Positions 15,108 to 28,644 of a stretch of 64,000 bases of DNA are shown here, one piece after another. The stretch covers positions 40,486,001 through 40,550,000 of the forward strand of contig NC_043008.1 in the NCBI RefSeq assembly GCF_006345805.1, in the 5' to 3' direction. The notes under the pieces were generated by a model. That model made no database searches. It was given only the letters and a program-made list of their open reading frames with translations, and was not told the origin of the DNA. The stretch is from Octopus sinensis. Its lineage: Eukaryota. Numbering within the stretch: the first letter of the stretch is position 1; the number at the start of each line of letters is the position of its first letter. The translations under genes were made by a program, and so were the position numbers.

Positions 15108-15408
15108 GTGTATCTACATACATGGTGGCTGTCTACCCCTTATGCAGAATTTCACCACCTCCTGTACCTACAAGTTAGAGCTGTCATAGCATCTGCTGTG
15201 GCTTTTTAAACCATAAAATGTTTTAAAAAGACACACACATAGATTGTATATCCAATTTGGACCACCAAGAGCTGCAGTTAAGTTCTGATCTTATATAAAT
15301 GTATATATTTAAGAAAGAAATATATGTAAAACCACAGGAGGTTTGTGTAATAAAATTTATGCTAATATCAAGATCAACAAAGAGTTGTATTACAGCAGTA
15401 TATGATAA

Positions 15409-15454
15409 CCTGGGAGTACAGGTTTCACGTCTTACATTTATCAAACGTCCAAGG
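15409..15454 (-). ncRNA. Hammerhead ribozyme-like motif, U3-A8 variant, left PLE arm
   Basis: Minus strand: ccttggacgt TTGATAA ATGT aag ACGT GAAA CC t GTA ctcccagg; 4-bp stem II, GUA triplet, imperfect stem I. Confidence 0.55.
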
Positions 15455-15784
15455 TCTCAGATTTCAGTACGGAGAGGATAATGTGTTAAACCATGGGGAC
15501 GCCATTTTTTTGTTTGTTGACAATAATTTTTGTAGTTGAAGGGATGTAACTCTTCAATTTCTATGAAGGTAACTTGGTTTAGGATATAACCCTTCAATTT
15601 ATCTGAAAATTACAAGTTAATTTCATATTGTTGTTAGGGTCTTTGGACAGGTATTCTTAATGTATACAGGTTTGTGAGATATATACACAAGTTTTAAGGG
15701 TTATTTACAAATAGTTCATGGGTGGAGAGAAGAAGCGTTTGTTGTTCTGTACTAGTGGGGGGTTGGTTGTTACTAAAATGAAGT

Positions 15785-16024
15785 CTATCTACTATCTCAA
15801 TCGAAGGAGAGGGGGCTTTCTCCGTCCGGCTTGTGGATCCGTAGAATAAGCTGCCGGACGAGATAGTGAAGAAGCCGACGACCGCTCGGTTCAAAGTCTC
15901 TCTTGGCCAGAAATGGCCTGAACTCTTCGTATGACCACCCTCCCTGTACATAACTCCCTGTCTCTCTACATGGCCTTGCTTTTGCTTTTTGAGCCAATAA
16001 AAGTTGAATTGAATTGAACTGAAT
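15785..16024 (+). mobile_element. 5'-truncated CR1/L2-group LINE 3' end inserted in the left PLE arm
   Basis: Translation GAFSVRLVDP*NKLPDEIVKKPTTARFKVSLGQKWPELFV* resembles the CR1-type C-terminus; AATAAA followed by a (TTGAA)n tail; absent from the right arm. Confidence 0.75.
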
Positions 16025-16745
16025 ATTTCTAGGTGAATGAGGCTTCTTTATTAAGACGAATTTGTGTAGAGATCAAGTCAGCAAATTTGTACGGAGCGAA
16101 TATATAGAATTGTGGCTGTGATTGTTTAGCACGTACGTCAATATGCTCGCTCAGTTATAACTGGCGATGTTGTGGTGAAGCTATATGTTGGCAATGCACC
16201 GTAGAGCAGCGGCAGACAGAATTTCCCGTACTTCCGACATAGTCTTTCTGGTAGCCCGAGCATCTGATCACAAAAATTAGATTTTCGGACGCATAAGTGA
16301 AATCTGAATTCATTGTAAAATGTTTCCCTTCTTTCAAATGCTATTCTGACCCTTCCCAAAGGATAAGGCATGTCCCTCAGTTGGAGCAATTACATTTTTT
16401 CCCTTTTGCGTTGGTTTTAGTTGAGAGTAACTTTGCATTTGTTAGTATTTTCTTTACTGACTCGGGCTCTTTTACGCTTTTGGCTCTTTTAAGTTAAAGT
16501 AGAATTCTTTTCAGCTTAGGGTTCTTATGTAATGTAGTACTGGTAGATTATGCATGATTAAGCTGGATGTTTCTCTGTTTCTACTTCTGCATGTAGATAT
16601 ATAGGGTAATGTTTTAAGAGTAAGTTTGTTGTTGTCTTTGGTTTTTCTTAGTGCCCCTCCAGGAGTAGGTTTTTGAGTTCTTGTAATCTTAAATACCTGG
16701 TATGTTTCTCGAACACGACCTTCTTGCAAGATCGAAACCCTCATA

Positions 16746-18985
16746 GAAGACAAATATCTCTTCACATAGGACAAACACAATGAATTCACAGAGGACAAGA
16801 ACAAACAAGAACAGGTCAGCAAGAACCTAAATACCCCTTTGTACGACACTTAACTCAATTTTCATCTACAAACCAAACAACAACCATCAGACAACAAAAT
16901 GAAAGCCACCCCAATCCCATATCTTCGCCTATCTATTCAATTAAAAGAAAATTGAATAACATCTGGAACATAAACCTGCACAAGAGAAAACATGCGTTCT
17001 GGAATGTCAAAAAATTACAACAAAGCAGAAATACATCACCCCTTGAAAAACTCAACCCCCATAAAAATTCCACGCAAATTCAAAATAAATATAATAGCAA
17101 ATGAACCTGTTGAAGAACAACTTTGCTTCAGGAATTAAGCTACTACAAGTTCGAGAATCAAACAATGAAGAAAATTCCAAAAACATCGACGGAGAGATGC
17201 ACAAGGAAATAAAGAAACACAAACGAACACTCACTTGAAAATATCCTTAATTTCTGGAAAGAAACATGTAGAACACAGGAGATAACGTCCCTTCATCGTT
17301 GGGGGAAAAATAATAATTTTTTTCCATAGGTATGAATCAAATTCCAAACAGGATACGTATTCAGACAACCCATATCTGAAGGAAAAAACCCCACAAAATA
17401 ACGAAAGAATACTAAATATCAAACAAGCTTACTCCACCCATGAGAACATGATAGGGAACAACAACATAACCCCAACCTTTCATATATGCACCATGAACAG
17501 ATGCCATCAATCACTCACAAGTACCAGACGTAACCGCCACGCACCACAGAACTATTGCCACCCCCAAAACACAAGACCCACGAGGAACAGGAGTAACCCA
17601 CAGACCAGACTTTCCGGATGGGACCACAGTTCATTCAGCAACTTTCACCCCAGGGACTACTGAAAACACCAGGCATCATACACAATAACGAACATAGATT
17701 CTATATATACCCATACCTACATAACAATCTAAAACCACAACATAACCATCCACCAAACAGAATCCCCCAGTTTTACACAAACTAACCATAATAAACAAAA
17801 ACAACCAACACTCTGCCAGCAACGACCAGGAAAACGGGGATTTAGTTTGGAATAGGCCTCACACATATATAGAACAATACCTTCTTGTTAGCTCTTGACA
17901 CCCGAGTCATACGAAAACAAACATCTGGTTCAATCTTGCAAGAACGATCTGCACCATCGTTTCAGAGAAAAATATCAGAGATTTAAGATTACAAGAACTC
18001 AAAACCTACTCCTGGACAGGCACAACCCAATCCAACTTATACACAAAGAGATAAAACCGAGGCTCTGAAAAAGACCAAAGACAACAGTAAAAACTACATT
18101 TAAAACATTGCACTACATATCAACATACAACCTCAGAAACAAAGAAGCATTCAACACAATCATGTAAAAAGCTACCAGTACTACATAAGGATCCTAAACT
18201 GAAAACAATTCTACAATACGTCAAAATAGTCAAAAGCAACAAAGACCCCAAGTCACTAACAAAAAAAAAACAACTGAGAAACATGTCTTAATCTTTAGTA
18301 AGGGTTAGAATATCATATCAAACAATGACAACATTTTGCAATGAAATTAGATTTCATTTATATGTCCGAAAATCTAATTTATATTGATCAGCTGCTCGGA
18401 CTGCCAGAAAGATTATGTCGGAAGTACGAGAAATTCTGTCCGTCGCGCTGTACAGTGCACTATCAGCGAATAGCTTCACCACAATATCGCCAGATATATC
18501 TCAGCGATCATATTGACGTATGTGCTAAACAATTCCAACCACAATTCTATACATTCCCTATATACAAATTTGCTGACTGGACCTCAACGCACGCTCCTCT
18601 TTATAAAGAAGCCTTATTCATCAAGAAATACGAACCAGACCTGAACATTAATTCATTTTAGAATCAATCAACTCCCACTAGAAGAGAACAACAATCGATT
18701 CTTCGCTCCACCCTTGAAATACTTGTAAATAACCCCTAAAAGTTCTATATATATCTCACAAATACGTATACATTAAGAATTCCTGTCAAAAGACCCTAAC
18801 GACAATTTGAAGGTAACTTGTAATGTTCATATTAATTGAAGAGTTACATCCCTTTGACTGCAAAACTTATTGTAAACAAAAAATAGCTTCTCAATGATTT
18901 AACTAGAATTTTCTCTGTTCTAAAATCTGAGACCATAGAAGTTTGATAATCATAAGGGGCGAAAGCGGTACTCCTAGTATATCAT
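16746..18985 (+). mobile_element. Penelope-like element, internally deleted and frameshifted (N-terminal region, RT thumb, GIY-YIG, pLTR)
   Basis: RLQELK-like thumb near 17985; ORF 18341-18661 ends EALFIKKYEPDLN as in PLE GIY-YIG C-termini; no RT catalytic core seen. Confidence 0.8.
18933..18978 (+). ncRNA. Degenerate hammerhead-like motif, U3-A8 variant, right PLE arm
   Basis: ccatagaagt TTGATAA tcataaggggc GAAA gcg GTA ctcctag; stem II is degraded. Confidence 0.4.
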
Positions 18986-19126
18986 AGAATGATGTAATAC
19001 AACTCTTCGTTTCATTATGATCGTAATATTAGAATACATATTATTATACAAATCTTCTGTGCCTTTTTACATATTGTTTTCTTTCTTAAATATATACAAC
19101 CACGTGTCAAGAAGATCTGACACCGT

Positions 19127-19185
<59 letters not shown>

Positions 19186-19254
19186 ATATATATTATATAT
19201 CTTATACATATATTATATATCTTATACATATATTATATACATACACATATAATA

Positions 19255-19450
19255 TGAGAGTTTACAAAAAGAAAAAGATGAAGAGGGATGTGTAAACAAC
19301 AAATAGATGTAATACATTAACGCTCGGAAAGTGAGAAAGTATTTTACCTCTGTAACCTACGCTCTTCGACAGAAAGGAACACAGAAATAAACAGGGAGAG
19401 AATATATAAGAAAAGAAAAGGTTTAGTGGCTAGCAATCAATCATGGAGTA
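19255..19450 (-). mobile_element. Short repeat related to family H with a degraded HHR-like core
   Basis: Minus strand ctttCTGTCGAAGAGCgtagg...; flank aacgctcggaaagtgagaaag resembles family H; lies between TA tracts. Confidence 0.45.
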
Positions 19451-19456
19451 TATATA

Positions 19457-19507
<51 letters not shown>

Positions 19508-20707
19508 ATATATGTATATGTACAGTTATGTACATATACATAATTATAGATATATATATACACGCGCAAGCTTACACGCAAGTTCGCACTCGCAAGTACG
19601 CGCACGTGAAAAAACAACGGTTATCACATAAGATATTATATTAATAAATTTGGAACAAACACTACAAATGATGGTGATTAGTATAAACCTGTAAATAAAT
19701 GAAGTTGACGGAGTTTGATTTTGTAGAAGAATAAGCAGTTATAAAATAAACCAGTGCAAATAAATGATTACAATTCTATTGTTAAGTCTGTTCGTCTTAC
19801 TTCTCATTTAAGATAATATTGCTAGAGATTCAATATAAATATAGGAAATAAATTATAAATTAAAAAATGAAAGAATTGAAACTCTCATGCAATAAAACAC
19901 AAATATTGCTATCTTCGCATGTTTCGTGAAAAAGAAATTCATAAAGTATTTCCTTTCCAAAGGAATACACATCATAGTCTTCTTCATTCTTATTCTAAAG
20001 AATCGACATAGACTTACTTAGATTTTTATTATACGTAGAGTGCAATGTAATTTAGAAATGTTCGTTCTTTGTTAGTTCATACATTTGAACATAGAATGTG
20101 CGGATGAAGGATTCCTGAACACTCAGGCACACACACAAACATATCAATGAATGGCAACCAACAATAAAAATACCTAAATAAATAACTTTATAGAATTCAA
20201 ATTGCATTCTTTGCATATTTTAGATTTAAGTACCAGTATAAAATTTAAAGTGTAAGCTGCATGGTCGTAATATTCCTAATATTAAAAAAAGTTAGTACAG
20301 ATGGGTACATCAGGAAATCAAAAGAAATTTTGGTTTATTGTTTGAAGCCATAAAAAGTCAGCATATTGTGCATGTGTTACCATTCCATTTCTTTACGTTT
20401 TACAAGTTGTATTGAAATTTAAGCGATAAACCATGATCAAAAGCCAAATAGGGAAGCCTAAAATTTTCTGTAGGATTCCTTTGTTCGTTGAATAAATATT
20501 TTGTTTTACAATCACCAACATTTTATTTATATTTTAGGGAAATCAATAGTAGTCTGGCACAAACAATACTAGAATTATATACAAGATTCTTTAAATTTCT
20601 AAGTCATACATTATATATTTCAGCGTCGGGAAATTTTGTTTGTGAAAGAACGACGTAGGTTTAGCACTGGTCAAGCTACACGGCTATCTATAAACTAATA
20701 AAACCAG

Positions 20708-20910
20708 TTAATCCAAACATGAAAACACAAACAGGAAAACACAACAACGCGAGGACGTGGAACAAGTATAGTGTTATTGGACGCTCAGGAAGGAAATAAA
20801 GAAGGAGGATTTAACGTTTCAAGCGGAGCTCATCGTCAGAAACACAGAAAAAGGAAAGATACAAGGAAGGGAAGACGGAGGGAAAAATCGCCAACGATAC
20901 ACACGCACAC
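20708..20910 (-). mobile_element. Family H: ~190-bp non-coding element with HHR motif (copy 1)
   Basis: Aligns to 50255, 60291 and 62754; core at 20810-20843 reads gtttCTGACGAtgagctccgcttGAAAcgttaaa on the minus strand. Confidence 0.85.
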
Positions 20911-21604
20911 ACACACAAACAGACACACACTCATACACATATATATATATATATGTGTGTATGTGTTGCTTAAGATGAATTATTATTTATATTCATTTGT
21001 AAGAATGCGATGTTTGTAATAACAATCATTAACACTTATTGAATACATCATTTATATTAAATAAGAAAGCTATGAAGAGCATATGGGTGCTTAATACTAT
21101 CACATACTGACTTATTTCTTAGCAATAGAGGCAGTATTACCAACGAGAAGTAATATATTTATTCCAGATTAAATGTGGACCTTCTGTTAGAACTAAATAT
21201 ATCACGGCAGTTACCATGAGGGCAATTTACATATTTATATCGATGTTTATATCGATGGCGGTGTTCAGACACTGTTATTCTATATATCGATGGTGGAAAT
21301 GACTTGCTGTTATCTATAGCGGTCAAGCATCCATCCTTGACAAAACCAAAGCAGGTCAAAATCACATGATCTGGTTATCTCAGTGCTGGATTGGTGGTGC
21401 TTTATGTCCCCGCTAGCGATGTGATCAAGAGCTCATTTTGCGCCAAAAGCCAATATCAAAATTTCTCTCATGGCCACTACGACAGAATATTGTGTGCTTA
21501 CAGCATACCCATGTTAAAGTGGGGAATAATATTACCTCATTCTATTAATACTGTGTCGTTAATACACTCGCACAAACACACACATATATAAACAAACATG
21601 TGAA

Positions 21605-21880
21605 GGTGCATAGCTTAATGGTAAGGGTGATGCACTCACGATTGCGAGCGCCAAGACCAGACATTGCATTGTGATCTTGAGCAAAGCACTTCATTCCACG
21701 TTGCTCTGCGATCATTTCGTCACCTGTCACGTGGCACATGGTGCACCTGTACAGGTAATGTCGATTCGGTGGTGGGATTGAGCTTATGTGAACACAAATA
21801 TTTGGTCGCTATAAAAAAGCATCTGTGTGGTTGTTCAACAAGGTAAATGTCGAACCCACATACTTCGTCTAACGATGGGA
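21605..21880 (+). mobile_element. Degraded tRNA-headed SINE (ttgagcaaagcacttcattccacgttgctc type)
   Basis: gcatagcttaatggtaagg A-box-like head; shares its central motif with 31940-32150. Confidence 0.65.
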
Positions 21881-21948
21881 GATACACAACATGTATAAAT
21901 AATAATATACATATATACATATATACATATATACATATATATATATAT

Positions 21949-22059
21949 CACGTGATCACGTGACCGACCAGACCATCAGATGTTACACATCGCTGGTCAC
22001 AATGCGTTCGCATTGTTTTAGCCTTCGAATGACGCCACCCCGCTGGCTAAGCGAGCAGG

Positions 22060-22062
<3 letters not shown>
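21949..22062. repeat. Short GC-rich interspersed repeat embedded in a (TA)n tract
   Basis: tcacgtgatcacgtgaccgaccag...gctaagcgagcaggcc with TA tracts on both sides; recalled as a common octopus repeat. Confidence 0.55.
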
Positions 22063-22095
<33 letters not shown>

Positions 22096-22580
22096 AATAT
22101 ATAAATATTTATATATTTATAATTATATGTATATGTGTATGAGAACAAGTATATAAGTTTTTTTCTGTTGATGTGTAATTATATAGTTCAATGCTTACTT
22201 GTGAAGCATTTAACTAGAAAATCGTATGCCACTGTGTTTGCGTAATCCAATTCCCTTTCCTGTTTAATAATTCTAAAATCTATTTAATTTTACTTAACAG
22301 CAATCGAAGAATATTTATGGAAGTTAGTCGATTGTAAAACTGTAAGACAAGATATATTGACCACAGAGGCAAAGAATTATATGCATTACGTTAACTACAT
22401 CTATTTAGTTTACTCTGGTATTCTATTTATTCTTATTCTTTATTGTGCGATTGCTCTTATTGTTTCCTTTATTTCATTATTATTTTTTCCCTGTTTTGTA
22501 TGGTTTCCTATCCTTATCCAGCTACCTTTGTTTTTTCACACTTAAGCATACACACACACACGCTCACACAAGTACACACT

Positions 22581-22659
<79 letters not shown>

Positions 22660-23381
22660 TGTGGAACGCTACGATATAACAAAGGTTTTGGATATCCTTT
22701 TCATACATCTTTCTTCCCTTGATTTGTTTCCTTTTCTCTTTCGATCTTTGATTTTCTGTTCTCTTTCATTACTTCTTGCTTTCTCGTTGCTTTTCCATGT
22801 ATCGTCTATTCTTACCACCTCACTATCTTTCTTCATTGAACTTGATTTCTTTCTTATGTGATTACTTTATTATGAATTCCTTCTCTTTCTCTAACTCTCT
22901 CTAATACATATATTCTCTAACTCTCTCAGTATACATATATATATACGTGTGTGTTTTTCTATGCCTCCCACTCAGAGAAAACGGAAAACTGCACATCACC
23001 CGGTTACGGAATTTCATCGTGAGGCCATGACAAGAAGCAATAAGATATATTTGATCTATAAACCTCAGATATAAACACTTGCGTTTCCCTGTTAGAGTTT
23101 CTGAAAAAGCAGTGAAATGGAAACTTACAGATGGCTTCTGAAGCAAATCAGTGAATAATAAAAGTGACTTAGTATGGCGTTTGTGTTTGCAAGAATTTGC
23201 TGAATGCCCAAGCATTGCTTAGCGACAGGCTGAATGTTTATTCGCCTTTTCACCAAACAGATTCAAGATATCTACGGACGAAAAGAATTTGATGTCTGAC
23301 CACAACACACTTAAAACTATTTACTGTTTAAAGACGAAACAAAAATACCACAAAGAAATAGATTATTATTATTATTATTAC

Positions 23382-23420
<39 letters not shown>

Positions 23421-24217
23421 CGTTATTATTATTATTAACGTGCTCGTCATTATCATTGCTCTTCTTCATTTGTAGTGTTATTATTTTCAATATGATGATG
23501 ATGATGATGATGATCGTCATCATCAGCATCATCATCATCATCCTCGTCATCATCATCATCATTGTCATTATCATCATCCTCATCATCATCATCATTTTTA
23601 TTGATTATATTTTTGTCTTACTAGAGTACATAACAGCGTTTTTATTCTTCTCACCATTGTTTTCGATATTGGTTTTGTTATTGTTGTTGCCGTGTACAGA
23701 GCACCTATAAAATTCTTCGATAAATTTTAGATTATGAACAAGTTTTATTGGGAGAAAATATTTCACTACATGGATTATTGTGCAAATGGGATGCTGAAGT
23801 GTCAGCAGATACAGGTCAATATATATTTTAATCGCCATTTTAATTATTTGGCAGAAAATTTTTGTTGGTTTCCAAAAGTTTCCTCGTTGTTTCCTCTTTA
23901 TTTGAAAAAATAGTTTCTAGTGACAAGAAAGTATTTCATACACCTTTTACAAATATTGTATAATCTTGTAACACATGAACAGTGATTAAAACAGGAACAG
24001 AAATTTGAAATAGAGGATCTAAGAAAATGTACCATACACCAAACATACCATTCTCAAGTACAGATAATAAAAACCAGACATTTAAATATATAAAATCTGC
24101 ATATGAGGAACTATAGTCAGAGCAGAAAAAAGTAACAACTGCTAACATATTCTTGTACTGAGTCGAAAAAACAAAAATGAACAATACAGAAATTCTTATC
24201 AGAGAAAAGACAACACA

Positions 24218-24608
24218 GGCGCAGGAGTGGCTGTGTGGTAAGTAGCCTGCTTACCAACCACATGGTTTTGAGTTCAGTCCCACTGCGTGGCGACTTGGGC
24301 GAGTGTCTTCTAGTATAGCCTCGGGCCGACCAAAGCCTTCTAAGTGGATTTGGTAGACGGGAACTGGAAGAAGCCCCTCCTATATATTTATGTACGTATA
24401 TGCTTGTGTCCGTGTTTGCCGCCCGAACATCGCTTGACAACCGATGCTGGTGTATTTACGTACCCGTAACTTAGCGGTTCGGCAAGAGAGACCGATAGAT
24501 TAAGTACTAGGCTTACAAAGAATAAGTCCTGGGGTCGATTTGCTCGACTAAAGGTGGTGCTACAGCATGGCCACAGTAATGTGAGTGAAACAATTAAACA
24601 AATAAAAG
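24218..24608 (+). mobile_element. Full-length tRNA-derived SINE family O
   Basis: Head ggcgcaggagtggctgtgtggtaag, B-box gagttcagtccc, tail region ggcggtgctccagcatggcc-type; many copies in the window. Confidence 0.92.
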
Positions 24609-27289
24609 GAAAATCAACACAGAACAACATCTTTGCTCCCGAAATAGTGGCGGTTTCTAATGATAAAAAGATAGGGAATTTATTTCTTGGCAAATTGTTT
24701 CTAAAGCTGATGCATGTTCATCAGTTTCCTTTGCATGTGTGTCTTTATTCTAGACCAAGAAGTGAGTAACGCTTTCTCGCTAAGCATCATGTGTTGCTGC
24801 AGAGGTCACCGACAAAGACATGTGTACTGTCGAAGAATATATGATCACGGGGGTGATAGATCAGATGTCAGCAATAATATTCCAGTGGAACATTATATTA
24901 TGTGAACGAAGCAATGGCTATTCAGACTTGAGAGTCTTCTCCGAGTGTTTGAAGATATACAAAGGATATACAAAAGGATATACAGCGATGATAAATGTGT
25001 ATGGATATCAGTGTACCGTAAAAGTATATATAATGCTGCAACAGTTTCCAAAGTACCATCAGTCACAGCGCTTACAATTATTGAGACAGAAGGATGTTGT
25101 CTTTTTTACATTGCATCAGTTCCAAGGTTTGCCAATGATTAAAAGGCTAAGCGTCAATCATACCAAAACATTTCGAAAATAAACAAGGCGCAAGAGAAAT
25201 ATTAAATCTAACCAAAACCTAAAGGGAGGTTTATATTCTCAAGTTATGGTTATTTTTGAAGTGAGCACAGCCTATACACTCATGCAAAATTGCAGTGTTT
25301 CTCAACTTAGATGCTACCTTAATTTCAGGCCTTGTGCCCATGTCATCCTTTGAACGAACGGAATTCACCAGCCTCATGCATCTCTCACCTATACGCCTGA
25401 ATGTCAACGCGGCTAACTATATTAAAGCCATAGAAGGATTGAACATAATCTAGCGCTAGACTTAAATTCTAATGGAAGAATAAAATCAAAATGGCTCACA
25501 TAAATTTGATTCACGTGCTGCAAATATTTGTTCACTTTTTAAATACATAATGGAATTGGTTTTATTTATTTTCCAATAAATTTTTTCTCCTCTATTCACA
25601 AAAAAAAACTTTTATTATTTGTAGTATATCAAACCCAACATCGCCAGTTGACCCTCATCTATTCTCCTCTTAATTGCCATCTTCTTTATTCACTTCGTAA
25701 ATCACATTCTTCTTCTTCTTCTTCTTCTTCTTCTTATCATTATCATTATTATTACTATTATTATTAGAAGCCACTAACATTATTTCGTCTAATTTTTTTT
25801 TCTGTCAATGTTTTTTTTTCTTTCTTTTTCTATATTACTCTTTGTTGCTAAGAAGAAATTCTAATAAAATAATAAATTCCTATCTCCATTGTTTAACAGT
25901 CATCAAAAGTTTAAGAACATTGTCGGAGGTTATATGTGTTCTCATCATAGAATTACTGCAATGATGCTTAAAGCAGAGCAATTATTGAGAATAGAAAAGG
26001 ACCTAAAATCGATTCATTTATAATTTTATCATTAAACGAAGAAAACATAACTGGTGCTGAAATATATGACAACGCTTAGTCAGATGGCTGTCATAGTTTC
26101 AGGCATTGTGCTTACCAGTGACTGCTAATATATGCGTATGTTCTTTCCTGCAATCTTTATACAACTGGTACGCTATTTAATTGTACGCTCCTAATCAAAA
26201 TATCATTGGTATTAAGTGTACTCTCCTGATTAAAATATTATCCAAATTTTACGCTAAAATACACACCGTAATATTTTGACGAAATAAATACATATTAGCG
26301 ACAGAATTATTATTATCGAGGGTTAATATTAATTCCCATTTAAACGTGGAGGTTTTATTAGGATAAACCTATCTGCGACATTTATGGTGAGAGAAACTCT
26401 CGTAGTGGCATTTTGGTGCAAAACACGGTATTGTTTTTTTTTATCGCTAGTGGGGCAATAAATCCACGCTACATCCTGCGCTGAAACCACAATATCATTG
26501 AATTTCGACTTTGTTTGGTCTTGTCAATGATGGACAAATCCCAAAGCTATTTTTATCAGGCACAATTTTGTGCGGTTTGAAATAACTACAAGTAAAAGAT
26601 ACGAGAGATTTTCGCTTTCTTGAAATTTTTATGCCTTCTTTTTACTCGTAAAATGAATAGATTATCCTTTTTATCTCATCCAACACGAAATGATTGATTT
26701 TCTATTGCTGAATTGTATTTCACTTATATATATATATTTAAGGATGTTTGGTTTTCACATTAACTAGCTCCGCGTCATTTGCCGTCCATGTACTTGTTTG
26801 TTTCTTTTATTTCTAGTGACAGAGGTGTTTAGAAAGCTCAAAACATACATTTTCACATTTCATGGATATGCAAAGTAAACATTTTATGCTTTCAAAGATA
26901 TAGATCCTATTTAGTTCTTCTGCAAACTCGCATATAAAAACTTATCTAGCATGAAAATCGCTCTCTGTGGGACAATCTGTATTCGTTTCTCTGCTAAAAG
27001 AAATCATATTGGCTGAGTAAACAGCTAACTGGGCGTGAAACGCTCTGAGGTTGTTCTTCCGTATGTGGCCTGTTACTCGCCTTGCAATACGGTACTGTAA
27101 AGCACCACTGCATTATTTTATGCCTGTTACGTATACATCACTTTTAATATCCAACGAACTATGCTTGGTGCATGATTGATTATGATATGACGGAAATACA
27201 ATTTAGTGGTGTATGTATGCTTCTGGTCGGAAACTCCATTCATATAGGCTCCTACGTATCGATGTGTGATATGTATATATATATATATT

Positions 27290-27963
27290 ACTTTATAAAG
27301 TAATATTTCTGATATACCGTAAATGGTCGTTTTACATACTGAACACTGCTCGGCCAAATTAATTAATAATTAATTAATTTTACCCTTTTTTATTGACAAT
27401 ATAATACTTTCTCCCCAAAACTTTTAACTACAGTCTTGCCTCTGTAGGAATGCACTTCTCTGTATCTCACGTGGGTGGACGGGGACAATCCTAGATCTAA
27501 TTTGTATTTTTGAATTCGCTGGTAATGGTGGTCGGACATAGTTTGTCCGGTGTTAATCATATCGGACGGGTATGTTTTGCTTTTTAGTACTTTCTAATCC
27601 AAATCAGAAGAAATCTCGGAGCTGATGAAGGAAATGATGGCGTTTATGGCCAACTAATCCAGAAATAGGCTTGTCCCCGGGTGATCTCATATGGATGTGA
27701 TCTTTCGTTGATTTTCCCTTATACCTATGTGAGTTATTTCTGAGTATGCATTGTCTGGGACATTTTTCTTGCAGTAGAAGAAATAGCCAAATTTTTAGCT
27801 GCTATTTCTAAAAAGCTCGGTATGTGGTAAAGTAAATTATTTTATTTTACCATATTTTTATAAAGTAATATTTCTGATATACCGTAAATGGTCGTTTTAC
27901 ATACCGAACACTGCTCGGTCAAATTAATTAATAATTAATTTTACCCTTTTTTATTGACAATAT
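27290..27963. repeat. ~110-bp direct repeats (27290-27402 and 27856-27963) flanking a more GC-rich core
   Basis: ttataaagtaatatttctgatataccgtaaatggtcgttttacatac...ttattgacaatata occurs twice; weak PLE RT-like words (PGDKPISG) on the minus strand of the core. Confidence 0.85.
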
Positions 27964-28027
27964 ATATATATATATATATATACTAACAGAGGCACCCCAA
28001 CTTGTTCGGGATTAAAATGGCATAGGT

Positions 28028-28270
28028 TTTTATTGTTCTACTTCTTTCAGTCATGTGACAACGGCCAAGCTGGAGCCCCGCAATTGGTCGAACAAATCGC
28101 AGGATTTCTTCTTTATAAGCCAAGTATTTATTTCATCAGTGTCTTTTACCGGACCGCTGAGTTATGTGAATGTAAACAGAGCAACATCGGTTATCAAGCA
28201 ATTATTGGGGTACAGACACAGACACCCACAAATATACACATATATACCCTAGTCTTCTTTCAGTTTTCGT
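28028..28270 (-). mobile_element. SINE family O, 3' half
   Basis: Reverse complement of the family O tail and body. Confidence 0.8.
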
Positions 28271-28644
28271 GCATGAATATTCACTCACAAAAAAATAAGG
28301 CTGAAAACTTAAATATTAATTTGATTAATATCAATTTAAAACCAGTGGCCTAGCATATTGAAGAATCTGAAGATTCAGAAAAAATATACTACATACATAT
28401 AAGTGGGATGACTATTAAGTGAACATCCATTATGCTAGACCCCATATAGCCTGACTACTATTTTGTATCTTTTCATTTGTCTTGCTCGCTTACGTTCTGG
28501 CGTTTGCTGAATTTTTCTTGAGAACATTTTTTCTTACTGGTCAAACCGTACGGGGCGTACATCTAGCAAAAGGGATGTCCACCCAACAGCTATGATAAAA
28601 TCTCCACAATGGCTTCCCATGTCCTTCAAGTTCGTAAAAATTGT

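Larger units (their letters stand above)
15400..16745 (-). mobile_element. Penelope-like element (PLE), inverted copy of the 3' part (RT thumb, GIY-YIG, pLTR)
   Basis: ORF 16155-16337 FTYASENLIFVIRCSGYQKDYVGSTG is a GIY-YIG motif; the segment is the reverse complement of 17920-18985. Confidence 0.85.

Noticed and set aside
24218-24290. tRNA-like A/B boxes here and in the other SINE heads
   Set aside because: No cloverleaf or acceptor stem; they continue into SINE bodies, so they are not tRNA genes.
24890-25110. Minus-strand IVSAVTDG word, hAT transposase-like
   Set aside because: A single short motif with no other hAT blocks and no TIRs.
27010-27050. ctgagtaa...gtgaaacgctc, a possible HHR
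   Set aside because: No CUGAnGA core and no stem II.
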